This document shows positions 20,424-28,992 of a stretch of DNA of 64,000 nucleotides, one piece after another. The stretch's first letter is position 1. Each line of letters starts with the position of its first letter. The position numbers and the translations under genes are program-made. The stretch comes from Candidatus Bathyarchaeota archaeon (GTDB lineage Archaea > Thermoproteota > Bathyarchaeia > 40CM-2-53-6). Under the pieces are notes generated by a model. That model was given only the letters and a program-made list of their open reading frames with translations. It did no database searches and was not told where the DNA came from. The stretch is taken from NCBI GenBank assembly GCA_963753065.1, contig CAVWAQ010000001.1:303441-367440 (forward strand). Reading direction: 5' to 3'.

Positions 20424-21209
20424 CTAAGTTATGGATAGCTCCTCGACATCATTATACCATTTCTTCCGTGTTCCAATCCTTGCGCGAAATCTCCACCGGC
20501 TCGTTTTCGGTTCAGATTCGATGATGCCAAGAAGCTTATTGACCTTTGATTCAATTATCGTGCGATCTTCAGTTGACAACCAATCATATTGATTCTTCTG
20601 AACGTTAACCTTCTTCAGGTTCGCCGTTACGGTATACCAGAATCCCCAATCATCCTTGAGTGTGTGAGCAATCCAGGAAGCATTAATGACGTCTTTGTCG
20701 TCATTCCCGAGGTCATGAGTTCGTAACAATAGCAGTGTATCTTTGATATCTTTCTCATTTATTCTTACGATTTGCATTTTCTCCAGCAAGAGATCAGCGA
20801 GAGGAATTGTAGGATAATCCTGCTCAAGTCGGCCTGTGAAATCAATTACGTGTGACATGTTTAGTTTGTCGCAGAAAACGTCCGCATGCAAATCGTTTGA
20901 GCCCGTGAAATTAAGCTGCTTGTCGCCGTGAAGGGCGTTGAACCTTTCGTTTGGTTGAAATCCTTGTTTTTGGAAGAAGTCCTCTATCTTTGACCAGCAC
21001 TTTCGGTAGGTTACAAAGTCAATGTCGGTCAATTTACGATATGGCTTGAATACGTCGAGAATGGGTGTGTCCTTCCCGACATGAATCAGCACAGATGTGG
21101 CTCCTATGACGCGAAGGATAATGTCTTTCTCCTTCGCGCTGTTCACAAGTCGCGTTGCTGTTCCAATAAATTCCTCAGGCGTTCTTTCTGTCACTGGAGG
21201 TTGTTCCAA
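20424..21209 (-). CDS. hypothetical protein, possibly nucleotidyltransferase-fold
   Basis: RVIGATSV...DIDFV resembles the G-[SA]-x9-13-D-x-D Pol-beta NTase motif. The gene is visibly more A+T-rich than its surroundings. Confidence 0.35.
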   Translation of the reverse strand: MEQPPVTERTPEEFIGTATRLVNSAKEKDIILRVIGATSVLIHVGKDTPILDVFKPYRKLTDIDFVTYRKCWSKIEDFFQKQGFQPNERFNALHGDKQLNFTGSNDLHADVFCDKLNMSHVIDFTGRLEQDYPTIPLADLLLEKMQIVRINEKDIKDTLLLLRTHDLGNDDKDVINASWIAHTLKDDWGFWYTVTANLKKVNVQKNQYDWLSTEDRTIIESKVNKLLGIIESEPKTSRWRFRARIGTRKKWYNDVEELSIT

Positions 21210-21306
21210 AAGGATCGCGTTTTCTAGCGTCGTGCTGTTATTAAAGTAAGTTCACGTTTCTTCTCAATTGCTTTGCTGGTTTGGGTTGGGCTCTCTTTGA
21301 CCATTA

Positions 21307-21588
21307 TTAGCGCTTCGTGGATGCGGTTTTGGGGTAGGTGTATGTGCTGTTCCGGAGCGTTAGCTCTTTGGTTTGATGGTCGTCGTAGGCTTGTAGAATG
21401 AGGTTGGCTTCTTTGAGCTTTTGGGGTTGGCGTGATCTTCTAGGCTGTTTGAGGGTTGCTGTGGTGCCTGTTAGCCGGTAGGTTTGCCATAGTTGCTTCA
21501 CCCGTCTACTCGTTACGATGCGACACACTGGATCATGTCCTCTCAAGTAATCACCTGTCTGCAGCGGAAGGCTGTTGGGCTTACACAT
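21307..21588 (-). CDS. small ORF, possible remnant of a transposase/integrase N-terminal HTH
   Basis: VTSRRVKQLWQTYRLTGTTATLKQPRRSRQPQKL...ILQAY loosely resembles IS-element orfA/HTH N-termini. No catalytic domain follows. Weak call. Confidence 0.2.
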   Translation of the reverse strand: MCKPNSLPLQTGDYLRGHDPVCRIVTSRRVKQLWQTYRLTGTTATLKQPRRSRQPQKLKEANLILQAYDDHQTKELTLRNSTYTYPKTASTKR

Positions 21589-21662
21589 GTACTGTACTTA
21601 CCCAAACGTTAACTATCGTTAGCAGTGCGAGTAATTCCTGAAAACGTAAGGAGTTACAATCA

Positions 21663-23270
21663 TTGTCGACCGGAGGCGCCGAGGTATTCGTTCGAAAAGC
21701 AACTGGTGTGGTAAGAGAAGTATCTTCACATGAAGCATTGCTAGCAAACATTGCTCTGCTGCAGATCGGCCTGCCGGGTTTCTACGTTTACGTCACCTCA
21801 TGGCTCTTCCCAGGCTGGGATATCGCTACCGTATTCCTGATCAGTTTGATACCAGTCACTGCGCACGCCATTGTTCTCTCAATCATGACGAGTCAGTTTC
21901 CGAGGTCGGGCGCGGATTATGCGTGGGCAAGTCGAATCGTCCATCCGGTTTGGGTTGTGGCACCAAGTGTTGCCGGCCTTGTTCTCGGTACGCTGCTCAC
22001 TCCGGGTTTTCTCGACTGGGGGATGTACGGAGGAATTGGAACCATCGTCGAGAGTTTGAGCATTATCTTGAACAGACCTGATCTCCTGAGTGGTGCTGCG
22101 ACCGCCGTGGACCCGAATGTCAGATTTGTTTATGTTTCTGCATTCCTTGTGCTCTTTTTGGTATTGAACATAACACGCTTTTCATGGGTCAGAAAGTGGA
22201 TATCATTCTGGGCTATCGTCGGAACTGTCGCTGGGTTAGTTGCGGGAATCTCTCTACTCCTGAGTTCCCATGAGACTTTCGTTAGTCTCTGGAACCTGCA
22301 CATGGGTCAATACATGACTTACGATCAGGTCATCCAGACGGCTTCATCTAATGGCTATCCCTGGGTCGCAGCGGGCGCAGGAACCTTTGGAGCGTTCTTT
22401 GCAATTCTCGCTAACACCTACGAGATGAGCATTGGATATAGTGGTTCGATTTCATTTTCCGGTGAAATCAAGAACGCTAGGCGGAGCATCCCATATTCAG
22501 TTCTGGGATGCGTCTATCTCGGCGCACTTGTCCTCTTCCTGATGGTTTATGGAATCGCTCATGTGGTGGGTCAGCGGTTCGTCTACTCCGCATTGTACCT
22601 GTACTATGCTCGTCCAGACCTGTGGAAGAGTCCGTTCGTGGCTGATCCATTCTTATTCGCCACAATCGCTACAGGTTTGAATCCTATTCTCGCGGTTGTC
22701 ATTCCGCTGGGTTTGATTGCCGGAGCATTTGGCCTCTTAGGGATGTTTTACCTTGTCTTCAGCCGCTACCTGCTGGCGTACAGCTTCGACCGATTCATGC
22801 CCACCGCTATGGCTAGAGTCAGCAAGAGATACCACACCCCATGGCTTGCTCTACTCGTAATCTTCTTGATCTCAGAATGTGGTATTGCATTCAGCGCATA
22901 TTGGGCAACCGGAGTCATCTTCCTTGGGCTTCCGTTTAGATCGATGTCCATGTTGAACATAGTTGTGACCGTCGCAGCTGCTCTGCTATTTCCGTTGCTC
23001 GCTAAATCTCTCTACCAACGTTCTGACATAGTGCAACGTTACAAGTATGTCCTCGCGTTATGCTGTGTCATTGTGCTCGCGTTTTTCGCATTAGCCGTCC
23101 CAATGGTGCTATCGCATCCCGAGTACGGTGGTCCATCTAACCCCCAGATCGCAGTGTTCTACATTTCACTGCTGTTCATTGGACCAGTGATTTGGGGGCT
23201 GTCGAAGGTATACTGGAAACGAAGAGGTCTGGACATCACGTTAGCGTACAAGGAAATCCCACCACAGTAA
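21663..23270 (+). CDS. APC-superfamily amino acid/polyamine-type permease
   Basis: 535 aa with about 12-13 hydrophobic spans and a composition typical of archaeal APC permeases. TTG start. Confidence 0.65.
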   Translation: MSTGGAEVFVRKATGVVREVSSHEALLANIALLQIGLPGFYVYVTSWLFPGWDIATVFLISLIPVTAHAIVLSIMTSQFPRSGADYAWASRIVHPVWVVAPSVAGLVLGTLLTPGFLDWGMYGGIGTIVESLSIILNRPDLLSGAATAVDPNVRFVYVSAFLVLFLVLNITRFSWVRKWISFWAIVGTVAGLVAGISLLLSSHETFVSLWNLHMGQYMTYDQVIQTASSNGYPWVAAGAGTFGAFFAILANTYEMSIGYSGSISFSGEIKNARRSIPYSVLGCVYLGALVLFLMVYGIAHVVGQRFVYSALYLYYARPDLWKSPFVADPFLFATIATGLNPILAVVIPLGLIAGAFGLLGMFYLVFSRYLLAYSFDRFMPTAMARVSKRYHTPWLALLVIFLISECGIAFSAYWATGVIFLGLPFRSMSMLNIVVTVAAALLFPLLAKSLYQRSDIVQRYKYVLALCCVIVLAFFALAVPMVLSHPEYGGPSNPQIAVFYISLLFIGPVIWGLSKVYWKRRGLDITLAYKEIPPQ

Positions 23271-23407
23271 GACGACAAGGACCGCGTGAAGAGGTATCTG
23301 TTTACGAGCGGGTGAGTGTACTCACCCTCCTTGAATCGATGAGCAATCCGCAAAGACAGTCGACTTCATCAGTAGGGCCATTGGGAGAAATTAGGGAGGT
23401 TGGGATA

Positions 23408-24865
23408 ATGGGCGAGCAGGAGTATGCCATTTCTCATTGGCCCGATACTGAAGAAATCCTCGCAAAGCTGGACCGGCTAGTCAAGTTGCCTATGCGTCCG
23501 ATCAAACGTCAGCAGATGGCGAACTACTTGGAACATTTTGAGGCGGCCTGCAATCAGTCGAAGCAGTTGAACGAGGAAGCTAGGAGGTACATCCCAGGAG
23601 GCGTTCAGCATAATTTGGCCTTCAATTACCCCTTTCCCATAGCCGTCAGCAAGGCACAAGGACCATACCTTTGGGACGTGGACGGTAACCGATACATTGA
23701 TTTTCTCCAGGCCGGAGGCCCGACTCTTCTTGGTAACAACTATCCGGCCGTGCAGGAGAAGGTTTCTGAGCTGGTGCGAGAATGCGCGCCTGTAACTGGT
23801 CTTTTCCACGAGTTCGAGCTGAAGCTTGCGAAACTGATTAACAGCCACATGCCTTCGGTAGAGTTGTTTCGTATGCTCGGCAGCGGCACCGAGAGTGTTA
23901 TGGCAGCCATCAGAGCAGCCCGCACGTTTACTGACAAAGCCAGAATCGTCAAAGTGGGCGGCGCGTACCACGGGTGGAGCGACCAGATGGTCTACGGCCT
24001 ACATATACCAGGCACCGGTGCCATGGAAGCTTTCGGCATTCCAAGCGGTTGCCTCAAGGGAACCGACGAGGTCTTCCCAAACGATATCGACAGCCCGAAG
24101 GGCCTGAGGGCACTGCTTGAGAAGAACCAGAAGAAGGGCGGCACAGCCGCCGTGATCGTGGAGCCGCTGGGACCTGAAAGCGGTACTCGCCCAGTGACAC
24201 GCGACTACAACCGGAGGGTGAGGGAAGCATGTGACGAATTCGGTGCGCTGTTCATCTTCGACGAAGTCGTCACCGGTTTTCGTGTAGGTCTTGGTGGAGC
24301 ACAGGGCTACTTCAGCGTGAAACCGGACCTGACTGTATTTGGCAAATGCGTGGCCGGCGGGTACCCGGCGGCCGGTGGCTTGGGCGGCCGACGTGACATC
24401 ATGACATGCCTGTCTGCCGGTTTGGAAACTGGCAAACCGCGCGCCTACGTTGGCGGTACGCTTTCCGCGAATCCTCTGAGCTGCGCTGCAGGCTACTACT
24501 CCATTCTGGAAATAGAGAAGACAAAGGCTTACATCAAGGCAGGCCGCGCGGGCGACCGATTGTCTGACGGCCTACAGGGTATTATCAATAGGTACGGATT
24601 GCCCTACGTGGCCTTCAACCACGGCTCGATCTGCCATCTCGAGACCTCGGGCGCTATGCTCTTGGACATCACGGCTCCTAACGCGCTTGCCGAGGCCGGG
24701 CCACGCAAGCAAATGATGGAAGAGATGGGCGCGGCATTTACAGCCGAAGGCATAATCACGCTTGCTGGAAGCCGACTGTACACCAGCATGGCCGACACCG
24801 ACGAAGTCATTGACACCGCTCTGCAGGGATTCGACCGAGTCTTCCGCAACATTGAAAACGCGTAG
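23408..24865 (+). CDS. class-III (omega) aminotransferase, glutamate-1-semialdehyde aminomutase-like
   Basis: GPYLWDVDGNRYIDF, GSGTESVMAAIRAAR, FIFDEVVTGFR and FGKCVAGGYP (PLP-Lys position). I chose the ATG at 23408, preceded by GGGAGGT. The listed ORF start at 23192 overlaps the permease. Confidence 0.8.
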   Translation: MGEQEYAISHWPDTEEILAKLDRLVKLPMRPIKRQQMANYLEHFEAACNQSKQLNEEARRYIPGGVQHNLAFNYPFPIAVSKAQGPYLWDVDGNRYIDFLQAGGPTLLGNNYPAVQEKVSELVRECAPVTGLFHEFELKLAKLINSHMPSVELFRMLGSGTESVMAAIRAARTFTDKARIVKVGGAYHGWSDQMVYGLHIPGTGAMEAFGIPSGCLKGTDEVFPNDIDSPKGLRALLEKNQKKGGTAAVIVEPLGPESGTRPVTRDYNRRVREACDEFGALFIFDEVVTGFRVGLGGAQGYFSVKPDLTVFGKCVAGGYPAAGGLGGRRDIMTCLSAGLETGKPRAYVGGTLSANPLSCAAGYYSILEIEKTKAYIKAGRAGDRLSDGLQGIINRYGLPYVAFNHGSICHLETSGAMLLDITAPNALAEAGPRKQMMEEMGAAFTAEGIITLAGSRLYTSMADTDEVIDTALQGFDRVFRNIENA

Positions 24866-24879
24866 CATCGAGCATCCTA

Positions 24880-25299
24880 GTGGTGCGTATGTTGAACGAA
24901 GAATTGAGGCAGCGTTTGGCAAAAAAGATTAGCGAGGGCGAGTTCACAGCGAGTGATCTTCCCGACTTCCTCACAGTCTTCTGCGAAGTGTGCAACGAGT
25001 CCGAAGAAGTTCAGAGTGAGGTGGAGGCTTGGAACGCCAAGTTACAGCTTGATATCACAGACGGCGACAAGTTCTGGTTGACGATAGCCAATGGAAACTT
25101 CACTTGTGGGACCGGCGACATAGAAGCTCCCGATACTACTCTAAGGACCTCGGGCGATGTCGCAGCCCGAGTATTCACCGGCGAAAAAGACGCAACCTCC
25201 GCATACATGGATGGGTCGCTAAAGATCGGCGGCAGTCAACGTGAAGCACTCAAACTACGTGGCGTAATTGGCATTGTGCTCGACAGACTCCAAGGTTGA
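24880..25299 (+). CDS. SCP2 sterol-carrier-like domain protein
   Basis: DVAARVFTGEKDATSAYMDGSLKIGGSQREALKL matches the SCP2 C-terminal motif. 139 aa. Confidence 0.55.
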   Translation: MVRMLNEELRQRLAKKISEGEFTASDLPDFLTVFCEVCNESEEVQSEVEAWNAKLQLDITDGDKFWLTIANGNFTCGTGDIEAPDTTLRTSGDVAARVFTGEKDATSAYMDGSLKIGGSQREALKLRGVIGIVLDRLQG

Positions 25300-25356
25300 T
25301 CAACAGGCCCGTTCAGGAAATGCTGCGCTGTTCAGCTGGGCCAGCAGAGGGCGCCG

Positions 25357-26979
25357 ATGAAAGATCAGAACTACGTGTTGTCCTACGACATTGGGACCAC
25401 CGGTGACAAGACATGCCTGTACCGAATAGGCCCAAAGCTTGAGCTTGTGGATTCCTGCGTAGCAGAGTATCCTTTGCAGATTCTGCCTAATGGCGGCGCA
25501 GAGCAGAACGTGGACGATTGGTGGGGCGCCATCTGTGAAACGACTAATGCTATTCTTTCACGGGCCAAACTAGAGCGTTCGGAGATTCGTGGCATAGCCT
25601 TCTGCTGCCAGATGCTAGGCTCGGTAATGGTGGATTCGACCGGCCAACCTTTGCGTAACCCTATGATCTGGATGGACAGCAGGGCCACAAAACAAATCGA
25701 GGAATTCCTGTACACGGGCCTCGTACGCATCAGCAATTTCAACGCACTCATCACTTTGAAATCCTTGAGAATCACTGGAGCTCTCGCCGGGAGTTCAAAG
25801 GACCCATTATGGAAATACCACTGGGTTCGGGAGAACGAGCCAGAAATATTCAGAAAGGTGTACAAGTGGCTTGACGTGAAGGACTACCTGCTGCTACGAT
25901 GCACCGGCCACTATGGCATGACCCAAGACTCGGCTCACCTGACGTTCCTTTATGATACTCGACCCGGCCACTTGGGCTGGCACAAGGGGCTGTGTGACAC
26001 CTTCAGAGTCGACATGCGCCACTTGCCCCCGGTTGTAAAATCAACCGATATCGTGGGCGGCCTCACGAAAGAAGCCGCGGACGAAATGGGCCTTGACGAA
26101 GGGACACCAGTATTCGGCGGAGGAGGCGACCTGGCACTTGTCACTATTGGGTCCGGATGTGTGCAGCAATACGACACCCACATCTACATCGGCACCTCGG
26201 GTTGGCTGGCGGCGAATGTTGAGAGACGGATAGTTGACATCAGCAATTTCATGGGCTCAATCATCGGTGCTATCCCAGGCTGCTACAGTTACGTAGGGGA
26301 GCAGGAGACATCGGGCGTTTGCCTGCAATGGATCAGGGACCTACTGGCTCTAGACAGGGTTGCTGCATCTGCACGAAAGAGCGAGAGCGCAACAGAAAGA
26401 AAGGAACTAAGAGATCCGTACGACGCGGTTAACAAAGCCGCCAGTGAAACGACACCAGGTGCGGGAAACATCATCTTCGCACCATGGCTGCAAGGCAACC
26501 GCTCGCCCCGTGACGACCCCTACGCGCGTGGAATGTTCTTCAACATCAGTCTGAAAGCCGAGACGGGGATGCTGATCCGCGCCGTAATGGAGGGCGTGGC
26601 CTATCACAACCGCTGGATGCTAGACGCACTGGAGAAGAAGATCTCAAGGCAGAACTCCATACGGTTAGTGGGTGGTGGAGCAAAGTCAGAAGTGTGGTGC
26701 CAGATCATGGCGGATGTGACCGGGCGCACAATTGAGACAATCGAGAACCCACAGAATGCAGGGGCTTTCGGCGCAGCTGTTGTCACTGGCGTAGGGCTTG
26801 GTTTGCTTCCTTCCTTCCATGACGCCAAGTCATTCATTCCCGTCAAGAAGCGTTACACGCCGCGAACCGAATTCAAGGAGATATACGACCATAACTTCAA
26901 GGCGTTCGCCAAACTCTACGAGAATAACAAGAAGCTCTTTCGGCTGCTCAACCAAACCCAAAACGCGGTTGCCGTCTAG
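25357..26979 (+). CDS. FGGY-family carbohydrate kinase (xylulokinase/glycerol kinase-like)
   Basis: N-terminal YDIGTTGDK (actin-like ATPase phosphate-1), internal GGGDLALVTIG, C-terminal GGGAKSEVWCQIMADVTG. Confidence 0.85.
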   Translation: MKDQNYVLSYDIGTTGDKTCLYRIGPKLELVDSCVAEYPLQILPNGGAEQNVDDWWGAICETTNAILSRAKLERSEIRGIAFCCQMLGSVMVDSTGQPLRNPMIWMDSRATKQIEEFLYTGLVRISNFNALITLKSLRITGALAGSSKDPLWKYHWVRENEPEIFRKVYKWLDVKDYLLLRCTGHYGMTQDSAHLTFLYDTRPGHLGWHKGLCDTFRVDMRHLPPVVKSTDIVGGLTKEAADEMGLDEGTPVFGGGGDLALVTIGSGCVQQYDTHIYIGTSGWLAANVERRIVDISNFMGSIIGAIPGCYSYVGEQETSGVCLQWIRDLLALDRVAASARKSESATERKELRDPYDAVNKAASETTPGAGNIIFAPWLQGNRSPRDDPYARGMFFNISLKAETGMLIRAVMEGVAYHNRWMLDALEKKISRQNSIRLVGGGAKSEVWCQIMADVTGRTIETIENPQNAGAFGAAVVTGVGLGLLPSFHDAKSFIPVKKRYTPRTEFKEIYDHNFKAFAKLYENNKKLFRLLNQTQNAVAV

Positions 26980-27160
26980 TACGGCGAGCATTCTCTGAGT
27001 ACCGAGCAGTGAATGTCAAGTCCAACATATTCGGCGGGTCATCACGAGCCACTGGGACTTGTGGAGAAGAAACCAAGCACGCGGAAAGCAGGGACGCTGT
27101 CGGCTGCTGATAAGGCCGGTGCGATTACGGCCGTCATGCCGGGCTTGCCCGTCAAAGTGC
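26950..27160 (+). repeat. repeat copy A: kinase 3' end + intergenic + 5' part of the BCCP-like gene
   Basis: By-eye alignment: 26964-27056 (cgcggttgccgtctagtac..gcattctctga..gaatgtca.gtcca.ca.attc.gcg.g.tcatcacga.ccact) matches 28771-28862. 27144-27157 (cttgcccgtcaaag) matches 28892-28906. Confidence 0.7.
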
Positions 27161-27303
27161 TCAAGAAGGAAGGAGACAGAGTCCAAGCGGGAGAGGTGGT
27201 TCTAATACTTGAGGCAATGAAGAGACAGAACGAACTCCGCGCCAGTCAATCGGGCGTGATGAAGCAGATAAATATTCGAGAAGGCAAGTCGGTAAGCAGG
27301 TAG
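27013..27303 (+). CDS. biotinyl/lipoyl-carrier-type domain protein (BCCP-like, short)
   Basis: AVMPGLPVKVLKKEGDRVQAGEVVLILEAMKRQNEL is the biotinyl-domain consensus (MPG..v..V..GD.V..G..L..lEAMKM). Here the motif is EAMKR and the domain ends early. Confidence 0.65.
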   Translation: MSSPTYSAGHHEPLGLVEKKPSTRKAGTLSAADKAGAITAVMPGLPVKVLKKEGDRVQAGEVVLILEAMKRQNELRASQSGVMKQINIREGKSVSR

Positions 27304-27317
27304 AAAGGTGCTCATGC

Positions 27318-28724
27318 TTGGAGAAACTCGGAACGGACATGTCTACATGGGCAGAGGCACTGATGGACGGCATCGACATCGACAAGTTCATCGTGTGCAC
27401 GTATATCGTGTGCTTGCCCTATGATTACGAGAACGCATTCGCCAGTATCGCCAAGGTAATCGCGGAGGAACAGTCGATCGGGACGTGGACGCACGTCCCC
27501 GAGGAAACACCCGAAGTGAGGCGCCGCTTCATCGGCAAGGTGCTTCAATGCGTCGAGATTCCGCAGTATGAGGTCGTCCGCCCCGATCGGAAGAACCGGG
27601 AACCCTTCGGCGACAAGCAGATCCCGCTCATCCCGTACCTCATGACGATCGGCTACCCAGCGGACTTGTTCAACGACGACAACTTCAGCCTCGTCTTGAC
27701 GTCGATTTACGGCAACATTTCCATGGTCGGCCCCATCCGCCTTGTCAGCGTTCGCTTTGGCAAGGAGACCATGAACCGGTACAAAGGCCCGACCTTCGGT
27801 CTCGAGGGCATTTACAAGAAGCTCAAGATCCCGATCGCTCCCGACAAAGCGACGAGGCCGCTCACGATCAACATGATCAAGCCCAAGACGGGCTATACCA
27901 AGGACGTCGGCAAGAAGATCTTCTGGGAGGCAGCCATCGGTGGCGTCGACATCATCAAGGACGACGAGATGATCGCTAACTGCGCTCAGATGGACAACGC
28001 GCTGGAGGAACGCGTCCCCATGTACATGGAGATGCGTGACAAGAAATTGGCCGAAACGGGCGAGGAGACCATCTACACCGTGAACATTTCGGACCGCATG
28101 GATCGGATGTTGGAGATGTACGACAAGGTAGTTTCGATGGGTGGTAACGGCGTGATGATCAACTACATCAACTGTGGCTGGTCGTGCGTCAAGCCATTAA
28201 CTGACAAAGGCAAACTGATCGTGCTCGGGCACACGGACGGCGGTGGTGCCTACTATGTGTCGCCCCTGTCCGGTATCTCGTCCGACCTCGTGCTCGGTAT
28301 CTTCCCGCGCATGCTCGGTATCGACATCCCGCTCGTCCCTGCCCCCTACGGCAAAGCCCCATACATCGTCGACCGGTACCTCCAGCTCTGCAAGTCGCTC
28401 ACCATGCCCCTCGGCTACGGCGACAACCAGCTCAAGGCCTGCTTGCCCTTCCCCTCCGGCGGTATCCAGACCCAGCACATTCCCCAGCTCGTTAAGGATC
28501 TCGGCCCCAACATCGGTGTCGGCACGGGCGGCGGTATCCACGCCCATCCCATGGGTACCATAGCCGGCGCCAAGGCTTTCCGCCAGGCGTTCGACGCCTG
28601 CATGGCAGGCGAGTTCGACCTCAAGAAATACGCTAAGGAGAAGAACTTGCAGGAGCTCGCCGTCTCGTTGGGCATGATGGAACTGGCTCACGATGGTTTG
28701 AAAACCATGATGAAAAAGAAGTAA
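27318..28724 (+). CDS. RuBisCO large-subunit-like protein (form IV RLP-like; not a canonical carboxylase by eye)
   Basis: EEQSIGTW, YGNIS, IKPKTG, GGVDIIKDDE, PSGGI and GTGGGIHAHP align to RuBisCO E60/T65/W66, N123, K175/K177, K201/D203/E204, S379-G381 and G403/G404. R295, H298 and H327 appear replaced (LGHTDGGG; VPAPYGK). AAAGGTG lies 8 nt before the TTG at 27318. Confidence 0.85.
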   Translation: MEKLGTDMSTWAEALMDGIDIDKFIVCTYIVCLPYDYENAFASIAKVIAEEQSIGTWTHVPEETPEVRRRFIGKVLQCVEIPQYEVVRPDRKNREPFGDKQIPLIPYLMTIGYPADLFNDDNFSLVLTSIYGNISMVGPIRLVSVRFGKETMNRYKGPTFGLEGIYKKLKIPIAPDKATRPLTINMIKPKTGYTKDVGKKIFWEAAIGGVDIIKDDEMIANCAQMDNALEERVPMYMEMRDKKLAETGEETIYTVNISDRMDRMLEMYDKVVSMGGNGVMINYINCGWSCVKPLTDKGKLIVLGHTDGGGAYYVSPLSGISSDLVLGIFPRMLGIDIPLVPAPYGKAPYIVDRYLQLCKSLTMPLGYGDNQLKACLPFPSGGIQTQHIPQLVKDLGPNIGVGTGGGIHAHPMGTIAGAKAFRQAFDACMAGEFDLKKYAKEKNLQELAVSLGMMELAHDGLKTMMKKK

Positions 28725-28754
28725 TCCGGGTTCGAATCACATTGGGTTCGAACC

Positions 28755-28906
28755 TCCACAATCCAGCAGCACGGTTGCCGTCTAGTACAACATGCATTCT
28801 CTGACACAAGGGTACTGAATGTCATGTCCAGCACATTCAGCGAGCTCATCACGAACCACTAGATAATCCGTTGATTGCTTCGTCCGACCGACTTGCCCGT
28901 GCAAAG
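28755..28906 (+). repeat. repeat copy B: decayed duplicate of the kinase-3'/BCCP-5' junction, downstream of the RLP gene
   Basis: Roughly three quarters identity to copy A by eye over about 95 nt, plus a second 14-nt block. The BCCP-like reading frame here stops after about 15 codons, so the copy is non-functional. Confidence 0.7.
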
Positions 28907-28992
28907 GCCCCCTATCCGCAGATGATCCACAACACCTCTCATCGGAATTCTCAAGAGGGGGCGGGAATCATCAGAACCTTCAGTGGTTTCTA

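Noticed and set aside
23192-23407. 5' extension of the aminotransferase ORF (the listed start at 23192 overlaps the permease by 79 nt)
   Set aside because: The extension reads as Arg/Ser-rich filler. An ATG at 23408 preceded by GGGAGGT gives a sensible N-terminus without overlap.
28728-28752. Two copies of GGGTTCGAA (tRNA T-loop-like) just after the RLP stop, considered as a tRNA fragment or att remnant
   Set aside because: There are no complementary T-stem or acceptor sequences around either copy. The second copy is simply part of the palindrome GGTTCGAACC. The resemblance to a T-loop is probably fortuitous.
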